A stretch of 64,000 bases of DNA from Octopus vulgaris (taxonomy: Eukaryota): the NCBI GenBank assembly GCA_951406725.2, contig OX597815.1, forward strand, positions 14,756,001-14,820,000. Direction: 5' to 3'. Below, piece by piece: positions 1-13,980 of this stretch (position 1 is the stretch's first letter; every line of letters starts with the position of its first letter). The notes under the pieces are model-generated. The model was given only the letters and a program-made list of their open reading frames with translations, ran no database searches and had not been told where the DNA came from. Position numbers and translations under genes: made by a program.

Positions 1-92
1 GCTGACCATTAAACAACATCGTCCTCAAGCAAAATATGTCCTGTGGCCTCGTATTGATCAGAAATCTTGTTTCAAGTCCATTGTTACTGCAG
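1..92 (+). CDS. SEPSECS: SEPSECS internal exon (5' truncated by window edge)
   Basis: Frame from base 2 reads [30 protein letters not shown](G), matching the conserved SepSec[12 protein letters not shown] motif; GT donor at 93; phase 1 fits next exon. Confidence 0.93.
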
Positions 93-1979
93 GTTTGTTC
101 TCATTATTTGTCAACCATTCACACAATATATACTGTTTATTCTAATTACATACATCTATTCCAGGGAAGTGGCTTTGCTTGCATATTACAGAATGATGCT
201 TATGCTTTCACCTGTCAACTTTAAAGACCAGATCCACTCTCATATCACATTTTCTATATTAAAATTTCAATTGTATGATCTTGTTGGAGTTATCTCCCTT
301 GTTTGTTTCGCTTTTTTTTTATATTTCAAACATAGAGATAGATTTAGTCTACTAATTGCATGCTTAATCTCAATTAACTCACTATAGTACTACATATGTT
401 GCACTCTACCATATCTGCATTGCTTAATCTAACCTCACCATTTCATCATCATCATCGTTTAACGTCCGTTTTCCATGCTAGCATGGGTTGTACCTATTTG
501 TTTCCACATGTTCTTTTGACAACCTCTATCTTCCCTTCCTGACACCACCCATTCCCAGAGTGTAGTGGGTGCTTTTTACATGCCACCAGCACAGAAGCCA
601 GTCATGCGGCACTGGCACTGGCCATGTTCGGGTGGCTCCTTTTACGTGCCATCGGCACAGGAGCCAGTTGGGGCGGTGAGGGCTGGCATCGACCATGTTC
701 AGATGGTGCCTTTTATGTTCCACTGGCACAGGGTGCTAGTTAGGCAGCACTGGCATTGTTTGCCTCCAGGAGTGGAGGCGAACATGACTGGTGAATGCAA
801 GTAACTATTACTGCTAGCAGTATGTTTTGATATGGTTACTTCACGATATCTGCTAGAAATTCACCGCATCAATCAACTATATCCATTGTATCGTATTTAA
901 TACATGTCATATCTTGCCAACCTACCACTGCCCAGCTTTCCTCCAAAATTATCATTATATCACATTTATTTCCATTATTATCGTTAATTAATTATTGCTC
1001 TAGTATGTCATCATCACCATCATCATCATCATTGAACGTCCGTTGTCTATGCCAGCATGGGTTGGACAGTTTGACCAGGCTGGCACGCGGGAAGGCTGCA
1101 TTAGACTCCAGTATGATTTGGCATGGTTTTCTACAGCTGGATGCCCTTCCTAACACCAACCTCTCCAAGAGTGTAATGGGGCCATTCAAGAATTTGGACC
1201 TGGAGATCTCTATTTCCAGTGACTTCGAGGGCCACCTCCCAGTGGTGTTGGGCGTCAACAAAGAGCCCTCGACTACAACAAGACGACCAAAGTTTTTTTT
1301 TTTTTTCGAAGGTCTGGGGTCTCCCGCTCCTAAGCCCTATACCATCACCTAATCACCATTACATGTCTTGTTGCTTAACAACAATAACAACAAAAAAAAA
1401 AGAGTGTAATGGGTGCTTTTACATGCCACTTGCATGACACCAGGGTGCTTTTACGTGCCATTTCTGTGACACCAGTATCTGCCACGGCTGTGATTTTTCT
1501 TGACTTGGTGGGTCTTCTTTTCAAGCACAACATAATGCCAAAGGTCTCGGTCATTGCCTCCGTGAGGCCCAACACTCATAAGGAACTCAGCCACTTTGCC
1601 TCCATGTGGCCCAATGCTCGAAAGGTGTCCTTTACGTGCCACCAGCACAAGTGCCAGTTACCATAACTATGATTTCACTTGGTTTGACAGGTCTTAAGCA
1701 TAGCACATCACCAAAGGTCTTGGTCACTAGTCATTGCCTCTGTGAGGCTCAAAGTTCGAAGATCATGCTTCACTACCATGTCCCGTGTGTACCTGAGTTT
1801 ACCTCTATCACAGGTTCCCACTACAGTTAGAGAGCGGCACTTCTTTACACATCTGTCTTCAATTTCAGTGTCAGTGAAAACTTATCCAGTATGATCATCA
1901 TCACTATTTTCATCACCATCATCATCATTACCAACATTATTACCATATTTATGACCATTACTATTATCATCACCACCAC

Positions 1980-2372
1980 AGGAGTGGCCGTGTGGTAAGT
2001 AGCTTGTTTACCAACCATATGGTTCCGGGTTCAATCCCACTGCGTGGCACCTTGGGCAAGTGTCTTCTACTATAGCCTTGGGCCGACCAAAGCCTTGTGA
2101 GTGGATTTGGTAGACGGAAACTGAAAGAAGCCCGTCGTATATATGTATAAATATATATATATGCGTGTCTGTGTTTGTCCCCCTAGCATTGCTTGACAAC
2201 TGATGCTGGTGTGTTTATGTCCCCGTTACTTAGCGGTTCGGCAAAAGAGACCGATAGAATAAGTACTAAGGCTTACAAAGAATAAGTCCCAGGGTCGAGT
2301 TGCTCGATTAAATGCCGTGCTCCAGCATGGCCGCAGTCAAATGACTGAAACAAGTAAAAGAGTAAAAGAGAG
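1980..2372 (+). mobile_element. tRNA-derived SINE family A (representative copy)
   Basis: A/B-box head (TGGCCGTGTGG...GGTTCAATCCC), CORE-like CCTTGGGCAAGTG, (TA/TG)n middle, AAAGAGT tail; other copies ~3446-3852(+), 9281-9668(-), 9977-10392(+), 39567-39950(+), 41045-41439(-), 52865-53279(-), 54390-54779(-), 60901-61337(-). Confidence 0.85.
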
Positions 2373-2518
2373 TATTCCTTATCATCATCCCCACCACCAC
2401 CACTTTCATTACACCTCACTACCACCACCATCATTCTTATCAACACCATTGTCATTCTACCTGTCCGCCATGTGTGACTGACCAGTGTTGGATGTAAGAT
2501 ATTTCAATCTGTGCTCAG

Positions 2519-2672
2519 GTTTCCAGCCTGTGATCATAGAGAATGTACTGGAAGGAGATGAACTACGAACTGATGTCCCTAAATTAAGTGAACAGATTGA
2601 TGTGCTGGGCAGGGAGAACATTGCCTGTGTCATGTCCACAACCAGCTGTTTTGCTCCCCGGGCACCAGATAA
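2519..2672 (+). CDS. SEPSECS: SEPSECS exon
   Basis: cag acceptor 2516-2518; [19 protein letters not shown]...[15 protein letters not shown]; gt donor at 2673. Confidence 0.95.
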
Positions 2673-2815
2673 GTACATATCACTTTTATTAGATAAGCTT
2701 TAGAAAACTATTATTTTATTGTTAATGATGATGTTATTGCTGTTAGTGGTGATGTTGTTGTGGTTGGTGGTAATTGTGACAGCAGAGGTGATGGTGGTAA
2801 TGGCATTGTTGCTTA

Positions 2816-3237
2816 GCGGCGAGCTGGCAGAATCATTAGCACGCCGGGCGAAATGCGTAGCCGTATTTCGTCCGCCGTTATGTTCTGAGTTCAAATTCCG
2901 CCAAGGTCGACTTTGCCTTTCATCCTTTCGGGGTCGATTAAATAAGTACCAGTTACGCACTGGGGGTTGATATAATCGACTTAATCCATTTGTCTGTCCT
3001 TGTTCGTCCCCTCTGTATTTAGCCCCTTGTGGGTAGTAAAGAAATAGGTATTTCGTCTGCCGTTACATTCTGAGTTCAAATTCCGCCGAGATCGACTTTG
3101 CCTTTCATCCTTTCGGGGTTGATTAAGTAAGTACTAGTTACACACTGGGGGTCGATATAATCGATTTAATCCGTTTGTCTGTCCTTGTTTGTCCTCTCTG
3201 GGCTTTAGCCCCTTGTGGGTAGTAAAGAAATAGGTAT
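2816..3237 (+). mobile_element. SINE family B (tandem dimer)
   Basis: GGCGAGCTGGCAGAA head, GAGTTCAAATTCC B-box, GGTCGACTTTGCCTTTCATCCTTTCGGGGTCGAT core; other copies ~4298-4530(-), 18822-19047, 21408-21836, 32481-32703, 35988-36152(-), 46716-46948(-), 56535-56757(-). Confidence 0.85.
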
Positions 3238-3608
3238 TGTTGTTTAGCACATGGTCAGTCTCATTCAAGTAAACACATAGCCAGTTATTTGATTTAGCCC
3301 TATTTGGACAAACCTATGATGCTCAGATAACCACTCTGACTCAGTACAGTGGTGTCTGTATGCTTTTCCTTCTATAGACTACCCTGTCCCTGTATGTCAT
3401 ATACAGTCTGACAACAGTCACAGAGCGGATAGTAATGATATAACAGGCGCAGGAGTGGCTGTGTGGTAAGTAGCTTGCTAACCAACCACATGGTTCCGGG
3501 TTCAATCCCACTGCGTGGCATCTTGGGCAAGTGTCTTCTGCTATAGCCCCAGGCCGACCAATGCCTTGTGAGTGGATTTGGTAGACGGAAACTGAAAGAA
3601 GCCTGTCG

Positions 3609-3639
<31 letters not shown>

Positions 3640-5200
3640 TTGTGTGTCTGTGTTTGTCCCCCTAGAATTGCTTGACAACCGATGCTGGTGTGTGTTTACG
3701 TCCCCGTCACTTAGCGGTTCGGCAAAAGAGACCGATAGAATAAGTACTGGGCTTACAAAGAATAAGTCCCGGGGTCGATTTGCTCGACTAAAGGCGGTGC
3801 TCCAGCATGGCCGCAGTCAAATGACTGAAACAAGTAAAAGAGAAAAGAGAAAGAGTTGCCATTTTTCTTGCATTTGATGCTTCCGTGCCTGTGGCAAGTA
3901 AAAAGCACTAGCCGATCATGGCCATTGCCAGACTCCCCTGGCACGTGAAAAGCACCCGCTACATTCACAGAGTGGTTGGCGTTAGGAAGGGCATCCAGCT
4001 GTAGAAACACTGCCAGATCAGATTGGTGCCTGGTGCAGCCTCCTGGCTTCCCAGACCCCGGTCGAACCGTCCAACCCATACTAGAATGGAAAACGGACGT
4101 TAAACGACGATGATGATGATGATCTCCTGATCTTTCCATTGCAACACATTATTTGAAGCTAAAAGAGTTATTGATGTTGCTACTGTTATTCTTGTTCATT
4201 TATTTGGTCTGCATGAGAGGTAGTATAACTTAACAGTTATACAACTTAACACTAGAATGCAACAAGAGTACTGCATGTCATCATAGAGCATTCATACCTA
4301 TTTCTTTACTACCCAAAAGGGGCTAAACACAGGGAGGACAAACAAGGACAGACTAATGGATTAAGTCAATTACGTCGACCCCAATACGTAACTAGTACTT
4401 ATTTAATCGACCCCAAAAGGATGAAAGGCAAAGCCGACGTTGGCAGAATTTGAACTCAGAATGTAGCAGCAGACGAAATACCGTTAAGCATTTCGCCCGG
4501 CGTGCTAACGTTTCTGCCAGCTCGCCGCCTTATACTTCACAACTATGTCGTTAGTGTAGTGACCAACCTGTAATTGAAATACAGGTGTGTCTGAAAGAAA
4601 AACATGCTGTGTACTTTCTTCTCTCTTTGTAAAAAACACATTTTTTTGAAAATTCCACTCAATGTGTTTGGCATGGTTGTGTAGTGAAGAAATTTACTTT
4701 GGAATCAAGTGGCTCCAGGTTTATGACTGCTGATGCTTGACTAATATCTTGTCAGTGGAATGGAATATGGAAGATGGAAAGCTATCATACATGTGTATTT
4801 GAGAGCATACACCAGTATAAATACAGGGGCAGGTGCTAAAAGTTCCTGGCTGTAAGGGTATTACAAAAGGCCTGGTTGGAGGCCCAACCTTCTGAGTTCT
4901 TTTACAGGTCTTGGAAAAACTGAAGGACCATTGCAATAAGTGTGTGAATCTGAGAGGGGAATATATGAAATGAAATCATAATTAACTGATCCTCCTGTAT
5001 TTTCTTTTACCCAAAGTCAAGAACTTTTCAACATCCCCCCATACTGTGTACTTAATACTTAAAAAGAAGTAACTAACTTTCTTAAAAGAGACATTGCTTG
5101 AGTAAAATTTGTCCATTCTAATCTGCATTTCTCTCTCTCTCCCTCTTTCTCACACTCGCTCACTCTCTCAATATATGTCTCCCTCTCTATCATCCTGTAG

Positions 5201-5303
5201 ACTAGAAGAGATTGCTAAATTGTGCAAAGAAAACAACATTCCACATTTGGTAAACAATGCATATGGAATCCAAGCTTCTAAATGTACACATTTACTGGAA
5301 CAG
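5201..5303 (+). CDS. SEPSECS: SEPSECS exon
   Basis: Pyrimidine tract + tag acceptor; [34 protein letters not shown] (NNAYG motif); gttagt donor. Confidence 0.95.
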
Positions 5304-5659
5304 GTTAGTATATATTCACAGATTTCCTTTTTGTCTTGTTCACGCCATCATCATTATCATCGTTTGACATCCGTCTTTCATGCTGGCATGGGTGGAACAG
5401 TTTGATGGAAGCCTGCACCAGACTGCTGTAACTGTTTTGGCAGGATCTTTTACAGCTGGATGCCCTTCCTAATACCAGCCACTCAGCGGAATGGACTCAG
5501 TGCTTTTTACATGGCACAAGCTCTGGCAAAGTCAGTTTTGACAAGGCTTTTACAGTTGGATGCCCTTCAAAACACCAATCACTTTACAGTGTTCAGACCA
5601 CCATATAATAGAGCAGGGAACTCTGTTGAAAGCTTTTTCCAAGTCGATGAAGGCTAAGT

Positions 5660-6165
5660 ACAATGGCTTACTTTTGGTCAAGTACTTTTCCTACAGCTTT
5701 CTCACTAGGAAGATGGCATCTGTGGTACTCTTCCCAGGTACAAAACCAAACTGCATCTCATTTAGCTTAGTTCTACTTCTAATCAATTGAGCTTTAACCC
5801 TCTCATTAACCTTCATGACTTGGTCTAGCAATTTAATGCCTCTGTAGTTGTTTCTATCCAAGGTATCACTTTTACCCTTGTAGCAGCTAACTATAATACT
5901 ACTACACCAGTCATTGGGGATGGTGCCATTCTGAGTAACCTGATTCACTATACAGGTGACTATGCTGTAGCCTACACCACCAGAAATTTTAATCATCTCG
6001 GCAGTGATTCCTGATGGCCCAGAGACTTTCCCTATCTTCACCTCCTTAATTGTCTTATCTGTTATGCTGCTATCAACTCTGATGGCTGGTCCCTCAATTG
6101 GTTCGATATTTGGTAGACTCTCCTTCTCCCATTCATTTTCCACATTTAGTAACTTTTCATAGTGA
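5660..6165 (-). mobile_element. RTE-clade LINE reverse transcriptase fragment
   Basis: KVSGPSGITAEMIK...IPNDWCSSIIVSCYKGKSD...NYRGIKLL...QFGFVPGKSTTDAIF. Confidence 0.88.
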
Positions 6166-6979
6166 CATGTATTTATTTATATGTGCATGTATGTTTTGAT
6201 GAATAAAAACTGAGTAATGAGTGGAAAGGAAATACCTAGAGGCACCTGCTGCATGAAAAATAGTGAAGTGGCCCAAGTTGTAGTGAACCAAGAAATAACA
6301 GTAATGTACTTTGCTGCTAGTTTTTCACACAGCAAATCATCATCATCACCATCATCATTTAACGTCCGTTTTCCATACTAGCATGGGTTGGACGGTTCGA
6401 CCGGGGATCTGGGAAGCCAGATGGCTGCACCAGGCTCCAGTCTGATTTGGCACTGTTTCTACAGCTTGATGCCCTTCCTAAAGCCAACCACTCCGTGAGT
6501 GTAGTAGGTGTTTTTTACGTGCCACCAGCACAGGAGCCAGAGGAAGCTGGCAAATGGCCACGATTGGTTGGTGCTTTTACATGCCACCGACACGGACGCC
6601 AGTCAGGCAGTGGCCACGCTTGGATGGTGCTTGTTACGTGTCACCGGCACGTGTGTCTTAACTACAATTTCCATTTGAATTTTTATTTTGATGTTGATGT
6701 ACTTGACTCAATAGGTCTCCTCAAGTGTCTCTAGATATTTCCTTTCCAACCAATGTTCGGTTTTTATTCACTAAAATTTTCTGTATTCTTTCACTAACCT
6801 TATTTCTAGCAAATTGGGTTAGGCTATGCTTTGCTGATGAAGTTTAATATTACCAAGGCATACCTGGCGTTATCACTATACTCACCAAAGATCAGACTTA
6901 CTCTACACTGAATTTTCTGATTTTATTTCTGAGTTGTCTCCCTCGTTCTTCGTTGCTAATTCATTACTAGAAAATATTT

Positions 6980-7462
6980 GTGGCACGTAAAAAGCACCAA
7001 CCAATCGTGGCCGTTGCCAGCCTACCCTGGCACCTAAAAAAAAAGCACCATCCATACATGGCCGATGCCAGCGCCGCCTTGACTGGCTTCTGTGCTAGTG
7101 GCACGTAAAAAGCACCAACCGATCGTGGCAGTTACCAGCCTCCCCTGGCACCTGTGCTGGTGGCACGTAAAAAGCACTATCCGTACGTGGTTGATGCCAG
7201 TGTCGCTTTGACTGGCTTCTGTGCCGGTGGCACGTAAAAAGCACAAACCGATCGTGACCATTGCCAGCCTCCCTGGCACCTGTCCGGTGGCACTAAAAAG
7301 CACCCACTACACTCACAGAGTGGTTGGCATTAGGAAGGGCATCCAGCTGTAGAAACACTGCCAGATCAGACTAGAGCCTGGTGCAGCCACCTTGCTTCCC
7401 AGACCCTGGTCGAACCATCCAACCCATGCTAGCATGGAAAACGGACGTTAAACGATGATGAT
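6980..7462 (+). mobile_element. Non-autonomous retroposon family C with internal tandem units and (GAT)n tail (representative)
   Basis: Repeated GTGGCACGTAAAAAGCACC units, then GGCATCCAGCTGTAGAAAC...CCCATGCTAGCATGGAAAACGGACGTTAAACGATGATG; about 20 copies, e.g. 3880-4123, 6337-6727(-), 8009-8277(-), 8697-8985, 10955-11500, 16568-17010(-), 25490-25795, 27830-28215, 50420-50728, 53594-53868, 61478-61822(-). Confidence 0.8.
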
Positions 7463-10400
7463 TTGTCTCTTCCCTTAGAGATGTAATTTTAATTAATAAG
7501 TTCTTAGCTTGTTACATTAAGTTAGTACTGGCTTCATTGTTATTTTATGTTGAATGTAAACTGTTCTAGATCAATGTTTGGGAAGAACACCAGAGAATGA
7601 CAGCTGTGAGGAAGAAAGATTAGAGTGTTTTTGTACAGGGTCCAAGGTACATTTGGTGAATAACAGTAATAAGATCATAGAAGGTTGAAGAAATAAGACC
7701 ATTGTACAAATAATAAAGTCAAAGAGGCTTTGTGGGCTTTTCAGTTTGATAACTTCTTGAACATGGCTTAAAATCTGTGACTGTAGTTGGCTTATTGTAC
7801 CAAATGTGTAGACATATGAGGGTATTGTAAAATGCTGATTTCTAACTTTGGTGTTACTCCACAAATAGTATTTGTGTGTTGGTGGGTGGAGCTATAGTTG
7901 GTTTAAACAAAACCTGTCTCTCCGTTTCTTGACCCCAGAAATGATGGAGGTAGAAGTTAAACTTCACAAGAATTGTACTAAAAAATTTAACCAAGTTGTT
8001 TAAAACAATATCATCATCATCGTTTAATGTCCGCTTTCCATGCTAGCATGGGTTGAACGATTTTGACTGAGGGCTGGCGAACCAGATGGCTGCACCAGGC
8101 TCCAATCTTGATCTGGCAGTGTTTCTACTGCTGGATGCCCTTCCTAACGCCAACCACTCCGAGAGTGTAGTGGGTGCTTTTACATGCCACCGGCACGAGG
8201 GCCAGTCAAGCAGTACTGGCAATGGCCTTGCTCGAATCGTTTTACACATGCCACCGGCACAGGTGCCAGTAAGGCATTAACATAATCATTTTTGAACATG
8301 TAGTAACCTTTTGGGAGTTGATCATGTGATGGTATTCAGTGTATGTACTGGAATGAACAGAACTACTTCTTGAAATGATATTGAATAATTATAGAATAGT
8401 AGAGTACCATAGCACATGTTTTGTTTGATCTAATGTCTTGTGTCTGTGAGTTTGAATGCCCCTGGAATCAACCCCGTTTTTAAAATAAATACAAACTCTT
8501 GGTTCGTGTGCCAATGAGGGGGCTTGTGTGAAGTTACTCAACTTGGCAATAATTGCCAAGACATCCTTAAATTATAAACAAAGGAAACTATACATTGTAT
8601 TACATAATTTTTGATATACTAAAATAGATGGAATGGCCACTGTTGGAAAGAGTCTGTTTGTAATTCTGCCTGAAACGATTAACCTAGGATTAAACAGCGT
8701 GATCGTTACCAATGTCGCTTCACTGGCACCTGTGCCGGTGGCATGTGTAAAAAGATTCAAGTGTGGTCATTGCCAGTACCGCCTGACTGGCCCCCGTGCC
8801 GGTGACACGTAAAAAGCACCCACTACACTCTCAGAGTGGTTGGCATTAGGAAGGGCATCTAGCTGTAGAAACTCTGCCAGATCAAGATTGAAGCCTGGTG
8901 CAGCCATCTGGTTCGCCAGCCCTCAGTCAAAATCGTCCAACCCATGCTAGCATGGAAAGCAGACATTAAACGATGATGATGATGATAAACAATAACAATG
9001 GTGTGATTACAAATCCACTGTCAGTATTTTGTTCTGTTTCAAAGATGGGGAAGCAGATACTGAATTTTACATTCTTTACTCCATCTAATTGTTGGCTATA
9101 AGACTAGAACTTTTGAGAAAGTTCTATGAATTAGATTAGTTTCCAATTCCAGGGAAGTATTTGCTTTACATCTATTAAAGCTCCTTTATTTAGAGTTATT
9201 TAGTGATGGCCTTATGGAACCTCAAGTCTCACGAATAGATAATCTTTTATGTGTGCTCAGCAGTCTATTATATCCCCTTATACTCTTTTACTTGTTTCAG
9301 TCATGTGACTGTGGCCATGCTGGAGCACCGCCTTTAGTCGATCAAATCGACCCCAGGACATATTCTTTGTAAGCCTAGTACTTATTTTATCGGTCTCTTT
9401 ATTTGCCGAACTGCTAAGTTACGGGGACGTAAACACACCAGCATCGGTTGTCAAGCGATGTTGGGAGGACAAATACAGACACACAAACACGCACATACAT
9501 ATATACGACGGGCTTCTTTCAGTTTCCGTCTACCAAATCCACTCACAAGGCTTTGGTCGGCCCGAGGCTATAGTAGAAGACACTTGCCCAAGGTGCCACG
9601 CAGTGGGACTGAACCCGGAACCATGTGGTTCGTAAGCAAGCTACTTACCACACAGCCACTCCTATGCCTTATATTCATCTAATATAATGATGGATGATAG
9701 TTAATGCTGTGGTAAGTTCCATGGAACAATCACACTCTTCTGTAATTAATGGTGAATTAAATTGGAGGAAAGGGGTAACTATTTTTTGTATTTTAGGAAT
9801 GTAAAATTACTTTGTATTTTCATTAGGTTTGGTGAGGAATCAGAAGTTCATGATGAGTCAGATGTTTTGTGTAATAGAAGACGGTAGAGTATACTACTAT
9901 AATTGCTACAGTTGTTCTCATCTTACCATGATGACAATTGTGGTTGTTGTTGTTGTTGTTATTTCCCTGCCTTTGAAGTGGCTGTGTGGTAAGTAGCTTG
10001 CTAACCAACCACATGGTTCCGGGTTCAGTCCTACTGCGTGGCATCTTGGGCAAATGTCCTCTGCTATAGCCCCGGGCCGACCAATGCCTTGTGAGTGGAT
10101 TTGGTAGACGGAAACTGAAAGAAGCCTGTCGTATATATGTATATATATATATGTATGTGTGTGTGTGTTTGTGTGTGTGTGTTTGTGTGTCTGTGTTTGT
10201 TCCCTTAGCATTGCTTGACAACCGATGCTGGTGTGTTTACGTCCCTGTCACTTAGTGGTTCGGCAAAAGAGACCGATAGAATAAGTACTGGGCTTACAAA
10301 GAATAAGTCCCGGGGTCGATTTGCTCGACTAAAGGCGGTGCTCCAGCATGGCCGCAGTCAAATGACTGAAACAAATAAAAGAGTAAAGAGAGTATCTCTT

Positions 10401-10565
10401 TGATTGCTTTTAAGTGGACACTAGATGACTAAAAGTAACCAAAGAATGTCATTAACAGAACTGCAATAGGATTCATCCCATCACTATGCTAACTGAAGTT
10501 ACTCTATCTTTATTGTGTGAGATGTAATTTTAAGTTTAAGACTGAAGGTTTTATCAGGTAGACTG

Positions 10566-11199
10566 ATAGTGCCTTTTACGTGCCACCGGCACGGCGGCCG
10601 GTTAGCCGCTCTGGCAACGATCACGCTTGGATGGTGTTGTTAGCATCCTACTAGCACAAGGCTCAAGTGCCAGTAAGGCGATGCTGGTAACCATCATACT
10701 CGAATGGTGCCCTTTATGTGCCACTGGCACGGAAGCCAGTTAGCCGCTCTGTCAACGATTACACTCGTATGGTGCTCTTTGTACCCCGCTAGCACGGATG
10801 CCAATAGTAGAGAGTCAGGGATTCTTAACAAACCATTCACTCATTATTTCTGACCAACTATTCATTATTGTAGCGGATGATGTTCAGAATTCCAAATTGA
10901 AAACTTGTGGTTTTCACTTTAAAGAATCCAGAATGCTTGTTGAGAATGATTTGGCTACTATTGGCATCCGTGCTAGCGGGGTACAAAGAGCACCATACGA
11001 GTGTAATCGTTGACAGAGCGGCTAACTGGCTTCCGTGCCAGTGGCACATAAAGGGCACCATTCGAGTATGATGGTTACCAGCATCGCCTTACTGGCACTT
11101 GAGCCTTGTGCTAGTAGGATGCTAACAACACCATCCAAGCGTGATCGTTGCCAGAGCGGCTAACCGGCCGCCGTGCCGGTGGCACGTAAAAGGCACTAT
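10566..11199. repeat. Perfect 245-bp inverted repeat with 144-bp spacer
   Basis: 10566-10810 is the reverse complement of 10955-11199, with no mismatch seen by eye. Confidence 0.92.
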
Positions 11200-11703
11200 T
11201 CGAGCATGATCGTTACCAGCATTGCCTTACTGGCACCTGTGCCGGTGGCATATGTAAAACGATTCGAGCAAGGTCGTTGCCAGTACCGTCTGACTGGCCC
11301 CCGTGCCGGTGGCATGTAAAAAGCACCCACTACACTCATGGGGTGGTTGGCGTTAGGAAGGGCATCCAGCTGTAGAAACTCTGACAGATCAAGATTGGAG
11401 CCTCGTGCAGCCATCTGGTTCACCAGTCCTCAGTCAAAATCGTCCAACCCATGCTAGCATGGAAAAATGGACGTTAAACGATGATGATGATGATGATGAT
11501 TGAATAAATCATATGACCAACATTCCTATGTTGGTCAAAGTAGTCCTTCCCAAGGATATTTAGTCCCTCTGTTGAGAAGATTTATCCAAATACATACACG
11601 CTCTTTGTTTCGCATGTTTAGTGGTAAGTTTACTGACCAAATGCATTTTGCCTGTTGCATATTTTCATCCATAGTAACCACTGTCGTTTCTGTTGCATGC
11701 CAG

Positions 11704-11833
11704 GCTGCACGTGTTGGCAGAATTGATGCCTTTGTCCAGAGCACTGACAAAAACTTCATGGTCCCTGTTGGAGGTTCAATCATTGCTGGCTTTGACAAAA
11801 ATTTCATTGATGAAATTGGCAAGATGTATCCAG
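11704..11833 (+). CDS. SEPSECS: SEPSECS exon with PLP-binding lysine
   Basis: [29 protein letters not shown]...MYPG; QSxDKNF carries the Schiff-base Lys; cag and gtaagt boundaries. Confidence 0.96.
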
Positions 11834-13172
11834 GTAAGTTTTTGATTTGGATTTTAAACTAAGGAAAGTAACTCTAATAGAAAGACTTAATACAGGTTTA
11901 TTAGGAAATGGTGTTTTTGGTAAAAGTGGTGATGTCTCAGCAGAATGGCAATAACAAGCCATGCCTTTTAAGTGAGTGTGTGTCTGTGAATGCACATATT
12001 CCAATGGCTACGGTGTTGGATCATAAGATTGTATATTAGATTGCTAGACCAGGCAGTCCATTGTGTCCTTGAGCAAGGCTTTTCATTTCATGTGGTTCCA
12101 GACTACACTGTTGAAATAAATACCTGGGATGCAGCCAGTCCACTTATGCATACCTTTCCTTCTTGGGACACAAAACTCTGCTTGCGAAGACCTGTTGAGT
12201 CAAGTGAAATCGAAATCGATAAAAAATCAATGGAAATTGTAGTTGTGATACCAGTGCCAATGGCATGTAAAAGAACCATCCGAACATGGCCGTTGCCAGC
12301 GCTACCTCGACTGGCCTCCGTGTCGGTGGCACGTAAAAGGCACCAACTGACTGTGGCCATTGCCAGCCCCACCTGGCACCTGTGCCGGTGGCACGTAAAA
12401 AGCACCCACTACACTCATGGAGTGATTGGCGTTAGGTAAGGCATCTAGCTGTAGAAACACTGCCGGATCAGACTGGGCCTGGTGCAGCCTCCTGGCTTTC
12501 AAGACCCCAGTCGAACCATCCAACCCATGCTAGCATGGAAAACAGATGTTAAACGATGATGATGATGGTGAATACCAATGCTACTTTCACTCTCTCCCTC
12601 CAGCTGCTGTGTCCTGGATGTTCCTCTGAGTCAAAAGCAGAGGAGGAGCTGAGTCAGTGGTTATGACTGCTCACGACTATATGGGCCCCTAAAACAATTA
12701 TTGCTACATGCTACAAAATCATCCACAATTCCAAATGAATGACATAGATATTTTTTGTTTGTCTTTAGATCAGTGTTTGAGTTCTCATGGAGGACATCAC
12801 TGATGGCATAGACACTTCACATAATATATTTAGGCTAGTCAAACTCTATCTTCATACAATGTCTTGGGTAAGCTACTCTAAGCAAAAGATTTGGCCTGAA
12901 TTTTTCTAACAGGACCCAAGGGCCATAAAGCCATATTAAACTGGGTAATAGGAGTCAGTAGCATAGCTAGAACTCTTCACTATTTACATGGTGTCATCAA
13001 GTCCTGTATTTCAACCATTTTGATCATCTCCAGTTTTATATAGGAAATGCTACATTTTGTTGCTGTTAATGATGGTGGTGGTGTTACCTTCCAACCCCTA
13101 GTTAGCATTGATTGTAGAAGATCTATGATCAAAGGCATTCCAGCCATTATCATCATCTCATCTGCTACAGGT

Positions 13173-13586
13173 GGATCTTTTCGGTTTGAACGGCAGTTTT
13201 TTCTAGCGGTGTCATATGAAATTGTCACCCATAATTATGACCCTAGTATCGATCTATTGCATTTCAATCTGTTTTAGGGTTAGAGGTGGAGGGAAGAGTA
13301 TCTTTTTTTTCTTCACAAATGTAAATAAACCCAATCTGTTTCTTTAACGAGGGACATATTCATACAGAACAGAATGTTATTTACCTCAATAGACGTCAGT
13401 GATTGGTTGAAATTGCAGAAATTGAAGAAAAAAAAACAACAAATATCTTACAAACTATAGAATTTTCTCAATAAAGCCAAGAGAAAAAGATGCTTTATAA
13501 ACACATTCTACTAGTATACGAAGTTTAAAATTTTTTTAGTTACCTAGAAATTATGTTAAAAGCTGCCGTTCAAACCAAAAAGATCC
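13173..13586 (+). mobile_element. MITE family M1 (Merlin-like: GG termini, 8-9 bp TSD)
   Basis: TIR GGATCTTTTCGGTTTGAACGGCAG; flanks CTACAGGT/CTACAAGT. Confidence 0.8.
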
Positions 13587-13980
13587 CTACAAGTTTAGGG
13601 AATCCAGGACCATATTATCCAAGAGAAAAATTGGATTTGAGAAAGACTTGGTTCCTATTATTAGCAAGACAAGTGACTATATAGAAGCTCCTTTCATGAT
13701 GTCTGTCCTACAACTGGTACCTACTTGATCACAATTATGAGCAGAACCCAGCAAAAAAAGTACTGTGATGTGCCCTTCCGAGGTACACAATACAATGGTC
13801 ATAATGAAATTTGACCACCAGCATTTCAATTCAGCCAATATCTGAATGCTGTGGTCATTAGGTCCCTTTATGTGAGTGTGTGTGTGTCCTGTCTTCTACT
13901 GTTTTTATTTGTATTGTTTTTACTGTCCTGTTCTTGTTATGACTTTTACCCCTCTGCAAAAAATCTCAAATTTTATTTAA

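Noticed and set aside
526-1830. Recurrent ORFs containing FLQLDALPNANH or RLPNPLTR
   Set aside because: They are incidental frames of high-copy retroposons, with no consistent reading frame between copies.
6980-7320. CRISPR-like array of GTGGCACGTAAAAAGCACC repeats
   Set aside because: The intervening segments are homologous to each other, the unit is internal to a dispersed retroposon, the context is eukaryotic and there are no cas genes.
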